The notes under the pieces are model-generated. The model did no database searches. It was not told the origin of the DNA and worked only from the letters and a program-made list of their open reading frames with translations. A DNA stretch of 32,000 nucleotides, taken from contig NC_006138.1 of NCBI RefSeq assembly GCF_000025945.1, positions 840,001-872,000 of the forward strand. Direction: 5' to 3'. This DNA is from Desulfotalea psychrophila LSv54 (GTDB lineage: Bacteria > Desulfobacterota > Desulfobulbia > Desulfobulbales > Desulfocapsaceae). This document shows, piece after piece, positions 17,361 to 25,926 of the stretch. The position numbers and the translations under genes were made by a program. Every line of letters starts with the position of its first letter. The stretch's first letter is position 1.

Positions 17361-17387
17361 GTAACACGAAAAATTAAATTGTGTTAC
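17361..17387. promoter_or_regulatory. Candidate NikR operator upstream of nikM
   Basis: Perfect 7-bp inverted repeat GTAACAC-N13-GTGTTAC, 17 bp upstream of the nikM ATG. Confidence 0.75.
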
Positions 17388-17691
17388 TGTAGTGGGCGAA
17401 TAGAGTAAAGTCAAGATCTTATATTGGGGAAACTCTTTTCTCGCTTTATTCAGGTCTCCCTCTGTTGAAGGCCTGTAGGAGATCTGTTTGCAAATGTTCA
17501 GGTTTGTGCTCTGGAAAGATATTGCGCTGAATTTTATGTTCTCCTGCCCGGAGCTATGATGAGATTTCTCTAAAGGAAAAGAGAAAGGACGGTTAATATA
17601 TGGGAGAGAAGTACAATCACTAATAGATGGATATGGCAATATTGTTGCTGTTCCCGTCGCCCCCCCGTTACATATATGAAAGGGAGAAGAT

Positions 17692-18369
17692 ATGGAATAC
17701 TGTACTGAATTTCTTGAGCGGATAAAGAGGACACCTAGTTCCATCAGTTATCGTTTCAAGATGCCCGAGGGCTTTAGTTTTGTCGCTGGTCAATATATGC
17801 TGGTAGATTTAGGTGATGAACTTGCCCGTCCCCTGTCGCTGAGTAGCTGCCCTCAGGAGGGTGGTTTCATTGAATTTACCAAACGAATGATTGGTAGTCC
17901 ATACTGCATGCGCCTGGAATCCCTGCAACGTGGAGAGGCAATCAGGGTAGCGGGGCCCTTTGGCGAATTTTGTTGCCCGGACTCAGGCGAGCCTCTTGTC
18001 CTGATCGCCGGTGGTATTGGCATCACCCCGATTAGGAGTATTCTCACCAGCCTTAAGGAAGAAAGAGGAGAGACCACTCTTATCTACGGAAATCAGAACA
18101 GAGAGGATATTGCCTTTAGAGATGAACTGGAGCACCTGAGCCTCGCCCATTACCATCTGGTTCATGTCCTCTCCGATGCTACTGGCATGGAAAACGCCTA
18201 TCAGGGATTTATAAACGCCGACATTCTTGCCAGGGAGGTGCCGAAGGGTAGCATTGGTCAATATATGGTCTCGGGTCCACCGCTCATGGTTGAGGCCATA
18301 AAAAAAGGACTGGCCGGGATTGGGGTTGCCGAGGAGCGGATTCGTACCGATATATTTCTTGGCTATTAG
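17692..18369 (+). CDS. FAD/NAD(P)-binding ferredoxin reductase-like oxidoreductase (short FNR-type, PyrK-like without the C-terminal Fe-S cysteines)
   Basis: 225 aa: RPLSLSSCPQEGG (FAD), GPFGEFCCP, LVLIAGGIGITPIRSIL (NAD), YMVSGPPLMVEAIKKGL. Confidence 0.88.
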   Translation: MEYCTEFLERIKRTPSSISYRFKMPEGFSFVAGQYMLVDLGDELARPLSLSSCPQEGGFIEFTKRMIGSPYCMRLESLQRGEAIRVAGPFGEFCCPDSGEPLVLIAGGIGITPIRSILTSLKEERGETTLIYGNQNREDIAFRDELEHLSLAHYHLVHVLSDATGMENAYQGFINADILAREVPKGSIGQYMVSGPPLMVEAIKKGLAGIGVAEERIRTDIFLGY

Positions 18370-18490
18370 CCTGGCCGAGCAAGGCTTCTTTGTATGGGAT
18401 ATTTGAGTGAGTAGGTGCTAGTATTGGCTCTGTTTGCCGAGCCTCCTGTTCTTTGTGGGAGGCTGAACCTATTTATAATAATTGCAATAG

Positions 18491-19207
18491 ATGAAGATGA
18501 CAAAATTTGAGATAGAGCCCATTGGTATTGTTCACTCCTGTTTTAGCGAAAAATTTGGTATTCCCCGTCAGCCCGGTCTGGTCCATTCCTCGGTGGCCGA
18601 GCTGGAGCTACTTCCGCCCTGGAATCGTCAGGAACTGGTGGCTGGGCTAAGCGAATTCACCCATATCTGGGTTCACTTTGTCTTTCATAAGACCATTGAG
18701 GCTGGCTGGCGGGAGTCTATCCGGCCTCCTGGTCTGGGTGGAAAAAAGCGGGTGGGGGTCTTTGCCAGCAGAAGTCCGCATCGTCCTAATCACATGGGGA
18801 TGTCCGTGGTGCGTCTGCGGGGGATACGAGCCAGCAAGGGCAAGGTCTTTCTGCAACTTTCCGGTATTGATCTCTTGGATGGCACCCCGGTGGTCGATAT
18901 AAAACCCTATGTGGCCTATAGCGATAGTATTCCCGAGGCGTCCTCTTCCTATGCAGGGAGCTTTTTCCCTGTCCGGGTACGATTGAGGGGGGATGTGCTC
19001 TCTTTTTGTGAGAAATATCAGGATGAAAGTGGACGTGATTTGGCAGAGCTGATCAGGGAGGTGCTTGCTCAGGACCCAAGGCCTGTCAGTCAGCGGGGTA
19101 AAAGGGATGTGTTTGGCGTTTTGCTATGGCAGGTAAATGTACGTTTTCGGGTGGTGTTGGAGGAGGGTGAGGAGATCTTTGAAGTATTTTCCTGTGTTAA
19201 CCTATAA
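18491..19207 (+). CDS. trmO: tRNA (N6-threonylcarbamoyladenosine(37)-N6)-methyltransferase TrmO (TsaA/UPF0066 family)
   Basis: 238 aa: IEPIGIVHSCFSEKFGIPRQPGLV, LSEFTHIWVHFVFH, RSPHRPNHMGMSVVRL, LDGTPVVDIKPYVAYSD. Confidence 0.95.
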   Translation: MKMTKFEIEPIGIVHSCFSEKFGIPRQPGLVHSSVAELELLPPWNRQELVAGLSEFTHIWVHFVFHKTIEAGWRESIRPPGLGGKKRVGVFASRSPHRPNHMGMSVVRLRGIRASKGKVFLQLSGIDLLDGTPVVDIKPYVAYSDSIPEASSSYAGSFFPVRVRLRGDVLSFCEKYQDESGRDLAELIREVLAQDPRPVSQRGKRDVFGVLLWQVNVRFRVVLEEGEEIFEVFSCVNL

Positions 19208-19777
19208 TGTAATGTCGCTCTTCAGGGTGCAGTATACTCGTCCACCAAAGGCGTAGTCTTTGCTTATGAGGTTATAGAAAAAGCTTCCTCCTCTTATGGT
19301 GTTTGCTCCGCTGACAATAAGTGTCTTGTCAGGACAGAAGATGCTCTTTTTCTTGCCGTTATGGATAAGCTTTTGGCTAAAGAGCTGTTGGTCCTTATCA
19401 AGCTTGGTCACTACCACATCTCCCAGGAGGGTGAGTATCTCTGTGCCTTGATTGTAGAGAGCGGTTTTAGATCTCACCTTGGTGATATTGTTGGTCTCGT
19501 CATAGAGATCAGCGTCGATATCGGTGAGAGTAAAAATTTTGGATGTGGTACCGGTACTGGCTTTTTGGGCGCGGATAACGGTATTTTTTTTATCACCTTC
19601 AAACTGTGATATAACCACCTTCTGCATGATGAAGCTCTGCCCCTGTACGATATCTTTTTTGCCCTTGGGATTGAAATCACCCCGTGGACTGAGAAAGTTT
19701 CCTACAGGAATCTTCCATAGGGGAAAGGTGAGGATGAATATTAGGGGAATAACCCAGACCTTGTTACGGCGGATCAT
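19202..19777 (-). CDS. lptC: LPS export ABC transporter periplasmic protein LptC
   Basis: 191 aa, N-terminal TM, ADLYDETNNITKVRSKTALYNQGTEILTLLGDVVVTKLD pattern; adjacent to kdsC. Confidence 0.85.
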   Translation of the reverse strand: MIRRNKVWVIPLIFILTFPLWKIPVGNFLSPRGDFNPKGKKDIVQGQSFIMQKVVISQFEGDKKNTVIRAQKASTGTTSKIFTLTDIDADLYDETNNITKVRSKTALYNQGTEILTLLGDVVVTKLDKDQQLFSQKLIHNGKKKSIFCPDKTLIVSGANTIRGGSFFYNLISKDYAFGGRVYCTLKSDITL

Positions 19778-20391
19778 TTGTTCAGATACTTCTGGAGTAA
19801 GGTCTCTTTCAAGCCCTTGCCTTCGATGATAAGGTCGCAGACTTCGCGTACTGCACCAAAACCACCACTGCGTTTTGTGCTAAAATGTACCCTTTCCTGC
19901 ACCTCAGGAGCACCGTTTGCCGGTGTCGTTGCTAAGCCTACTTGCTGGAGAATCACCAGGTCCAGCCAGTCATCACCCATATATGCCACCTCAAAGGGTT
20001 TGAGCCCAGATTCTGCCAGGATCTCCTTAAAGGCGATATTTTTGTTCATCGCCCCCTGGTAGATATAGGTCATCTTCAGCTCTTTGGCTCGTCGGGCCAC
20101 CACTGCTGATCGCCTGGCGGTGATAATTCCCGTTGCCACCTCAGCCTCTCGGAGAAGTTGCAGGCCAAAACCGTCAAGGGTGTGAAACGACTTGCTTTCG
20201 ATCTCTTCACCCGTGTAGAGGAGGCTACCATTGGTCAGTACCCCATCGACGTCAAGGAGAAGGAGTTTGATATCCTTTGCCCGTGCTAAGGCACACTGTC
20301 TTGCCGGGGAGGTAGAGATCTGTTCCCGGGCCTGAGTGCGCATCTCTTCCAGAATCTGACAATCACTGGGGTATTTTTCTGATCCTGTCAT
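19774..20391 (-). CDS. kdsC: 3-deoxy-D-manno-octulosonate 8-phosphate phosphatase (KdsC, HAD family)
   Basis: LLLLDVDGVLTNGSLLYTGEEIESKSFHTLDGFGLQLL, GITARRSAVVARRAKELKMTYIYQG, AYMGDDWLDLVIL. ATG 20391 (MTGSEKYPS) has a GGAAG ribosome-binding site. Confidence 0.94.
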   Translation of the reverse strand: MTGSEKYPSDCQILEEMRTQAREQISTSPARQCALARAKDIKLLLLDVDGVLTNGSLLYTGEEIESKSFHTLDGFGLQLLREAEVATGIITARRSAVVARRAKELKMTYIYQGAMNKNIAFKEILAESGLKPFEVAYMGDDWLDLVILQQVGLATTPANGAPEVQERVHFSTKRSGGFGAVREVCDLIIEGKGLKETLLQKYLNK

Positions 20392-20392
20392 C

Positions 20393-21235
20393 TTATTCTT
20401 CCACCGCAGCTCGTACCTTGACAAGCTTTGTCAGCAACTCTTCTACCTGATCAAGGGCTATGGAATTTGGTCCGTCACAGAGTGCCTTATCCGGATCGGG
20501 ATGAATCTCCATAAAGAGACCATCTATACCGGCGGCAATGGCTGCCTTAGAGAGAGGTTCTATGAACTCACGTTGTCCGGAGGATGATCCTCCCGCCCCA
20601 CCGGGGAGTTGGACAGAGTGGGTTGCATCGTAGATCACGGGACAGTTGAAAGATCGCATAACGGGAAGTGAGCGCATGTCCACTACCAGATTATTGTAGC
20701 CAAAACAGGCACCACGTTCAACCAGCATGACCTTGTCACTGCCGGCATCACGGAGTTTACCTATGGCATTTTCCATGTCCCATGGAGAGACAAACTGACC
20801 CTTTTTCACATTGACCGGTTTGCCTGATTTAGCGGCGGCCACCAGAAGATCAGTTTGTCTGCAAAGAAAGGCAGGTATTTGAATAATGTCGAGAACCTCT
20901 GCAGCAGGCCCAACCTGGCTGATATCGTGGATATCTGAAATTACAGGGACCTGGAGGTCTTCACGAATTCGTGCCAGACTTGCCAGACCTTTCTTCAGAC
21001 CAGGGCCACGATAGGAGCTGATAGAGGTGCGATTAGCCTTGTCAAAGGATGCCTTAAAAACATAGGAGATACCAAGTTTCTTGCATATTTTGCTTACGGT
21101 TTCAGCAACCTCACGACCAAGTTGTTCTGATTCTAGAGAGCAGGGACCACCTATCAAAAGAAGAGGTTGGCCACTTCCAACGAGGATATCAGAACCATTC
21201 GGCTGGGCGACAGCAACAGGGGTTACGACAGTCAT
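20393..21235 (-). CDS. kdsA: 3-deoxy-8-phosphooctulonate synthase (KDO-8-P synthase)
   Basis: 280 aa: LIGGPCSLES, FKASFDKANRTSISSYRGPG, DIIQIPAFLCRQTDLLVAAAKSGKPVNVKKGQF, DATHSVQLPGG. Confidence 0.97.
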   Translation of the reverse strand: MTVVTPVAVAQPNGSDILVGSGQPLLLIGGPCSLESEQLGREVAETVSKICKKLGISYVFKASFDKANRTSISSYRGPGLKKGLASLARIREDLQVPVISDIHDISQVGPAAEVLDIIQIPAFLCRQTDLLVAAAKSGKPVNVKKGQFVSPWDMENAIGKLRDAGSDKVMLVERGACFGYNNLVVDMRSLPVMRSFNCPVIYDATHSVQLPGGAGGSSSGQREFIEPLSKAAIAAGIDGLFMEIHPDPDKALCDGPNSIALDQVEELLTKLVKVRAAVEE

Positions 21236-21241
21236 ACCTTA

Positions 21242-22897
21242 TTAGCCTTTCTTGTTAGCGACTGCAGCGCTGATGAAATCTCTAAAGAGAGGATGCGCTT
21301 GCATTGGCTTGGATTTGAATTCTGGGTGAAATTGACAACCTACAAACCAAGGATGATCCTCGATCTCAACAATTTCAACGAGGTCGCCATCTGGAGAAGT
21401 ACCGGAGATGACAAGACCTTTTTCAATGAGCTGTTGACGATAATCGTTGTTGAACTCAAAACGGTGACGATGGCGCTCGAATACTTCCTGAGTACCATAG
21501 GCATCTCCTGCGTGGCTTTCCTGCTGAAGTACACAGGGGTAGGCACCAAGACGGAGGGTTCCGCCGAGATCAGAGTTTTCGTCCCGTCGCTGTATCTTGT
21601 TGGTTCGGTAATCAAACCACTCTTTGGTGAGGTAGATAACAGGGTCAGGGGAGTTAGGCTCAAGTTCAGTGGAGTGAGCTTCGCTCATTCCTGCCATATT
21701 TCTGGCAAATTCTACCACAGCAAGCTGCATGCCGAGACAGATACCAAAGAATGGGATTCTGTTTTCTCGGGCATAGGTGATAGCCTTAATTTTACCTTCA
21801 ACGCCGCGTCTGCCAAAACCACCAGGAACCAGGATGCCATCGCATCCCTTCAGGTAACTGTCGGGATCGCCGCTTTCAAGATCTTCGGCGCTGACATAGC
21901 GAAGTTTTACCTTGGTGTGATTGGCAAGGCCACCGTGAATGAGAGCCTCATGAAGACTCTTGTAGGCCTCGGTGAGATCAACATATTTTCCGGTAATAGC
22001 GATGGTTACTTCGTTCTTCGGATTCTGGATGTTTTCAACCAAATCCTGCCATGGCTTAATATTAGGGTTGGCTGTCCAGATATTAAGAAGCTCGAGAATC
22101 TTGGAATCAAGGCCTTCTGCATGAAGGGCAATTGGCAGTTTGTAGATGCTGTCTACGTCTACACAGTTAATAACTGCATCCTGCTGCACATCACAGAAAA
22201 GGGCGATTTTGGCCTTGATGTTCTCTTCAAGAGGCACCTCGGTACGACAGACAAGGATATCCGGTTGGATGCCATCGGCACGGAGTTCACGAACAGAGTG
22301 CTGGGTAGGCTTGGTTTTTACCTCGCCTGCAGTCTTGATGTACGGCACCAGAGTGAGGTGAATAAAAAGGGTGTAATCACGGCCAAGATCTCCACGGAGC
22401 TGACGAATGGCCTCAATAAAGGGAAGGCCTTCGATATCACCAACGGTGCCACCAATTTCAATAATGGCGATATCAACGCTACCATCGAGTTGGCGAACCG
22501 ATTTTTTGATCTCGTCGGTGATGTGCGGAATAACCTGCACGGTGCCACCGAGATATTCACCACGTCGTTCTTTGTTAATAACGGTGTGGTAGATGCGACC
22601 GGATGTGAAGTTGTTCTTTTGGCCCATGACAGCGTTAGTGAAACGCTCGTAGTGTCCCATATCAAGATCAGTTTCAGCGCCATCATCGGTGACATATACT
22701 TCGCCGTGCTGAAAGGGATTCATGGTACCAGGATCTACGTTAATGTAGGGGTCAAGCTTCTGGAAAGTTATGCTTAATCCACGGCTTTCAAGAAGAGCAC
22801 CAATAGAGGCTGCTGCGAGTCCTTTACCGAGGGAAGAAAGAACTCCACCGGTAACAAAAATAAATTTAGTCCGTTTTGTATTAGTTGTATTTTTCAT
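21242..22897 (-). CDS. pyrG: CTP synthase
   Basis: 551 aa: [94 protein letters not shown] glutaminase nucleophile. Confidence 0.98.
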   Translation of the reverse strand: MKNTTNTKRTKFIFVTGGVLSSLGKGLAAASIGALLESRGLSITFQKLDPYINVDPGTMNPFQHGEVYVTDDGAETDLDMGHYERFTNAVMGQKNNFTSGRIYHTVINKERRGEYLGGTVQVIPHITDEIKKSVRQLDGSVDIAIIEIGGTVGDIEGLPFIEAIRQLRGDLGRDYTLFIHLTLVPYIKTAGEVKTKPTQHSVRELRADGIQPDILVCRTEVPLEENIKAKIALFCDVQQDAVINCVDVDSIYKLPIALHAEGLDSKILELLNIWTANPNIKPWQDLVENIQNPKNEVTIAITGKYVDLTEAYKSLHEALIHGGLANHTKVKLRYVSAEDLESGDPDSYLKGCDGILVPGGFGRRGVEGKIKAITYARENRIPFFGICLGMQLAVVEFARNMAGMSEAHSTELEPNSPDPVIYLTKEWFDYRTNKIQRRDENSDLGGTLRLGAYPCVLQQESHAGDAYGTQEVFERHRHRFEFNNDYRQQLIEKGLVISGTSPDGDLVEIVEIEDHPWFVGCQFHPEFKSKPMQAHPLFRDFISAAVANKKG

Positions 22898-23160
22898 GAT
22901 CCCACTATAGCAATGGTATGTGCTTTTTTAAACTTTTTTTTGTTGAGACTGCTTCCAAATTGACCCTGCCATTCTAGTTACAAACGCCAAATTAACAACA
23001 CCTATTGTAGCATAAAATTTTTTAAAGAGCGTAATTCTCTTTAGTTGCGGTTTTTTTATGTTGATATAAAGCAAATTATCAGGCTTTTAGCTATAAAAAT
23101 GTCTGTAATTTAGCAGATGAGAGTATTTTAAGGGAGCAACTTTTGAAGAGGAAACTATCT

Positions 23161-23217
23161 AAGTTAGGCAGTGGCAATAGTCGGCACTACAGACAATGGC
23201 TAACTGTTGCCTGACTT
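23161..23217. repeat. Imperfect palindrome / hairpin in the pyrG-transporter intergenic region
   Basis: Outer 10-bp stem AAGTTAGGCA...TGCCTGACTT (one G-U), with further partial complementarity inside; no adjacent T-run. Confidence 0.6.
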
Positions 23218-23502
23218 GATGAAAAAGGAATTGGGTCTGAGCTATTTAGTGAATATTTTTTGTCTCATGTGCCCCTTGCTCCATAGATATGTTGGAGGGG
23301 GGGGAGAGAGGAGGTGTTTTTCCCAAGAAGTATAAGAGAAATTGAATTAAAGCATAAACAAATGTTTTGACAAATGGTATATATAGTATATTCTCGTTTT
23401 TTAGGTGGTTGGCAATGTGGACGTATTATGTTGTTTCTTGAGCATTATTTAGCGACTGCATGGTCCAGCGCAAATGTGAACCTTGATTTGGAGAAAAAAC
23501 TT

Positions 23503-25254
23503 ATGTCGTTGACAACCGTGTGGGCTCGTTTGTGGGATATGCATGACGAAACCAAGCTTTTGTTCTTGCCAAGTACAAAGCTGATTTCTAAAAAATTTAA
23601 AAAGGAGCATATCTTTTTAAGCGAAGAGAGTCTTGGCAAGGATGCCGTTCTCTCCGAGGGTATGCAGGATGCGCCTGCTGAGCATATTAAACGCTTGAAA
23701 TCCGGCCCTGGCGGTGTCGAGGAGGGTGAGCCTCGTGAGTATACTACGCGCCAGAGGGTTGGCCTGTTTCTTGGCCCTGCCCTGTTTTTGCTTATGCTCT
23801 TTATCCCAGCTCCTGCGGGGATGGAACCTGTTGCTCAAAAAATGGCGGCTGTTGCCTTGCTTATTGCCACTTGGTGGATGACTGAGGCTATTCCTATTCC
23901 GGCCACAAGTTTACTGCCCATCGCCCTCTTTCCTATTATGGGAATTATGCATACCAAGCAGGCAGCAGCACCCTATGCCTCACATCTTATCTATCTCTTT
24001 ATGGGTGGTTTTATAATAGCCCTTGCCATGCAGCGCTGGAACCTCCACCGTCGTATAGCAATGAATATTGTTAAGGTGGTTGGCTTTTCCCCCAGCAGGT
24101 TGATCTTTGGCTTTATGGTTGCTACAGCTGTTTTGTCAGCATTTGTCTCAAATACAGCCACCACCGTTATGATGCTTCCCATTGGCCTGGCAATCATTGC
24201 CCATGTTATTGAAGAGGGTAGGAAAGAGGGGCTTGAGAGGTTTCAAGATTTTGATAAGAATCATTTTAATTTTGGCCTGAATTTGATGCTGGGTATTGCC
24301 TATGCAGCTTCAATTGGTGGTATGGCGACTCTTATTGGAACTCCTCCTAATACCGTGCTTGCCGCTTATCTCCAGAAAACATACGGTTATGAGATTACCT
24401 TTGTTACATGGATGAAGATAGGCGTGCCTCTGGTATGTATCATGTTGCCACTCTGTTGGTTTTGGCTTACCAGGATTGCAAATCCCATGAAGCTCACAAA
24501 AGTTCCTGGTGGTCGTGTTCTCATTGATCAGGAGCTTGAAGAGATGGGTTCCATGAGCACAGGTGAGCGCTGGACAGCTCTTGTCTTTTTTCTGACCGCC
24601 ATGGGTTGGATGTTTCGCAAGCAACTTGATTTCCTCTTTCCAGATCCAAGCTTGGTAACCGATGCCACCATCGCCATGACGGGTGGTTTGATTCTCTTTT
24701 TAATTCCCATTAATTTTAAGAAGAATATTTTTGTTATGAACTGGGAGTGGGCCTCCAAGATGCCATGGGGTGTTTTGATTCTCTTCGGTGGCGGTCTTTC
24801 CATGGCCGGTGGTTTTAAGGCGAGTCGCCTTGCCAATTGGATTGGGGGGCAGGTTAGTTTGCTTGACCAAGCTCCTGTCTTTGTTTTGCTTCTCGCCTGT
24901 TTGTGCCTGATTATCTTTTTGACAGAGTTGACCTCTAATACGGCAACTGCGGCTTTGGTTATGCCGATTCTTTCAGCCGTTGCGGTGGGGCTTGGTCAGA
25001 ATCCCCTCTTGCTTCTTGTCCCAGCTGCAATCACCGCGTCATGCGCATTCATGCTTCCCGTTGCCACACCTCCCAATGCCATTGTCTTTGGCTCTGGTTA
25101 TGTGACGATTCCGCAGATGGTAAAATCTGGTTTTGGCCTCGACGTTGTAGGCCTGTCGCTTGCTCTTACTGTGACCTATCTTATTGCCATTCCTCTGTTT
25201 GGTATAGAGCTCGGTGTCTTGCCTGAATGGGTACTTGCCGTAGCACCAAAATAA
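23503..25254 (+). CDS. DASS/SLC13-family sodium:dicarboxylate (anion) symporter with N-terminal extension
   Basis: LIATWWMTEAIPIPATSLLPIALFPIMGI, FIIALAMQRWNLHRRIA, SAFVSNTATTVMMLPI, ELTSNTATAALVMPI, MLPVATPPNAIVFGSGYV. The track start is 23374, but ATG 23503 has a GGAG ribosome-binding site. Confidence 0.93.
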   Translation: MSLTTVWARLWDMHDETKLLFLPSTKLISKKFKKEHIFLSEESLGKDAVLSEGMQDAPAEHIKRLKSGPGGVEEGEPREYTTRQRVGLFLGPALFLLMLFIPAPAGMEPVAQKMAAVALLIATWWMTEAIPIPATSLLPIALFPIMGIMHTKQAAAPYASHLIYLFMGGFIIALAMQRWNLHRRIAMNIVKVVGFSPSRLIFGFMVATAVLSAFVSNTATTVMMLPIGLAIIAHVIEEGRKEGLERFQDFDKNHFNFGLNLMLGIAYAASIGGMATLIGTPPNTVLAAYLQKTYGYEITFVTWMKIGVPLVCIMLPLCWFWLTRIANPMKLTKVPGGRVLIDQELEEMGSMSTGERWTALVFFLTAMGWMFRKQLDFLFPDPSLVTDATIAMTGGLILFLIPINFKKNIFVMNWEWASKMPWGVLILFGGGLSMAGGFKASRLANWIGGQVSLLDQAPVFVLLLACLCLIIFLTELTSNTATAALVMPILSAVAVGLGQNPLLLLVPAAITASCAFMLPVATPPNAIVFGSGYVTIPQMVKSGFGLDVVGLSLALTVTYLIAIPLFGIELGVLPEWVLAVAPK

Positions 25255-25797
25255 TTTTCATTTTGCACCATGAATAGCCAGCATGGTATTCATGGTGTTT
25301 TTTTTTGCTGATTTTATGAAGTTTTCATCTGCTCTTTTGTATGCCTCTCGCCTGTTTGTGCCTGATTATTTTTTTGACAGAGTTGACCTCCAACACGGCA
25401 ACTGCGGCTTTAGTTATGCCGATTCTTTCAGCCGTTGCGGTAGGACTTGACCAGAATCCCCTCTCACCTGTTATTCCAGCTACAATCACCAAATCCTGCG
25501 CATTGCCCGTTGCCACACCTCCCAATGCCATTGTCTTTGGCTCTGCTTATGTGACGATTCCCCGGATGGTAAAATCTGGTTTTGGCCTCGACATTGTAGG
25601 ACTGTCGCTTGCTCTTGCTGTGACCTATCTTATTGCCATCCCTCTGTTTGGTCTAGAGATCGGTGTCTTACCTGAATGGGTACTTGCCGCAGCACCAAAA
25701 TAATTTCTATTGTTTTTACACCATGGATAGCCTAGGATGTTGTTAATGGTGTTTTGTTGCTGATTTTATGAAGTATTTATCTGCTTTTTTGTATCTG
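24885..25797 (+). repeat. Tandem duplication, unit about 455 bp (copy 1 about 24885-25342; copy 2 about 25343-25797), covering the 3' end of the DASS transporter gene plus its downstream sequence
   Basis: tctcgcctgtttgtgcctgatta at 24891 and again at 25346; stop codons at 25252-25254 and 25701-25703; downstream gctgattttatgaagt at 25307 and 25760. Confidence 0.92.
25341..25703 (+). pseudogene. Truncated copy of the DASS transporter C-terminus (120 codons, still open)
   Basis: MPLACLCLIIFLTELTSNTATAALVMPILSAVAVGLDQNP... aligns to the C-terminal 122 aa of the upstream transporter with a 2-codon deletion. It lacks the rest of the transporter and a clear ribosome-binding site. Confidence 0.85.
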
Positions 25798-25926
25798 TGA
25801 TATATCTGTTTTTTTTATATAGATCTATTTTTATTGCCAAAGATTTTTTTCTTGTTAATCTTTGGTTGTTTTTTACTTTGAGGATGTTAGCACTACCAGA
25901 GAAACCATTTACATAGTGGAGTGGTT

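Noticed and set aside
17388-17690. Possible riboswitch (cobalamin/NiCo) in the ~300-bp divergent region between nikM and the flavin reductase
   Set aside because: I could not identify B12-box or NiCo conserved junctions by eye, and the palindromic NikR-like site already explains nickel control. An Infernal/Rfam scan would be decisive.
17304-17744. 146-aa minus-strand ORF upstream of nikM
   Set aside because: Covers the nikM promoter/operator region and the start of the flavin reductase gene; low-quality composition and no family resemblance.
18440-18462. GCCTCC...GGAGGC hairpin between the flavin reductase gene and trmO
   Set aside because: Short 6-bp stem with an 11-nt loop and no T-tract; too weak to call a terminator.
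21167-22777. 536-aa plus-strand ORF opposite pyrG
   Set aside because: Shadow ORF. It is in codon register with pyrG on the opposite strand, so it stays open because pyrG avoids TTA, CTA and TCA codons. The protein has no recognisable domain, while the minus strand encodes unambiguous CTP synthase.
22897-22925. Possible TATAGT -10 box immediately upstream of the pyrG ATG (ttgctatagtgggatcATG)
   Set aside because: No convincing -35 element and no strong evidence for a leaderless or reiterative-initiation mechanism; six-base AT matches are expected by chance.
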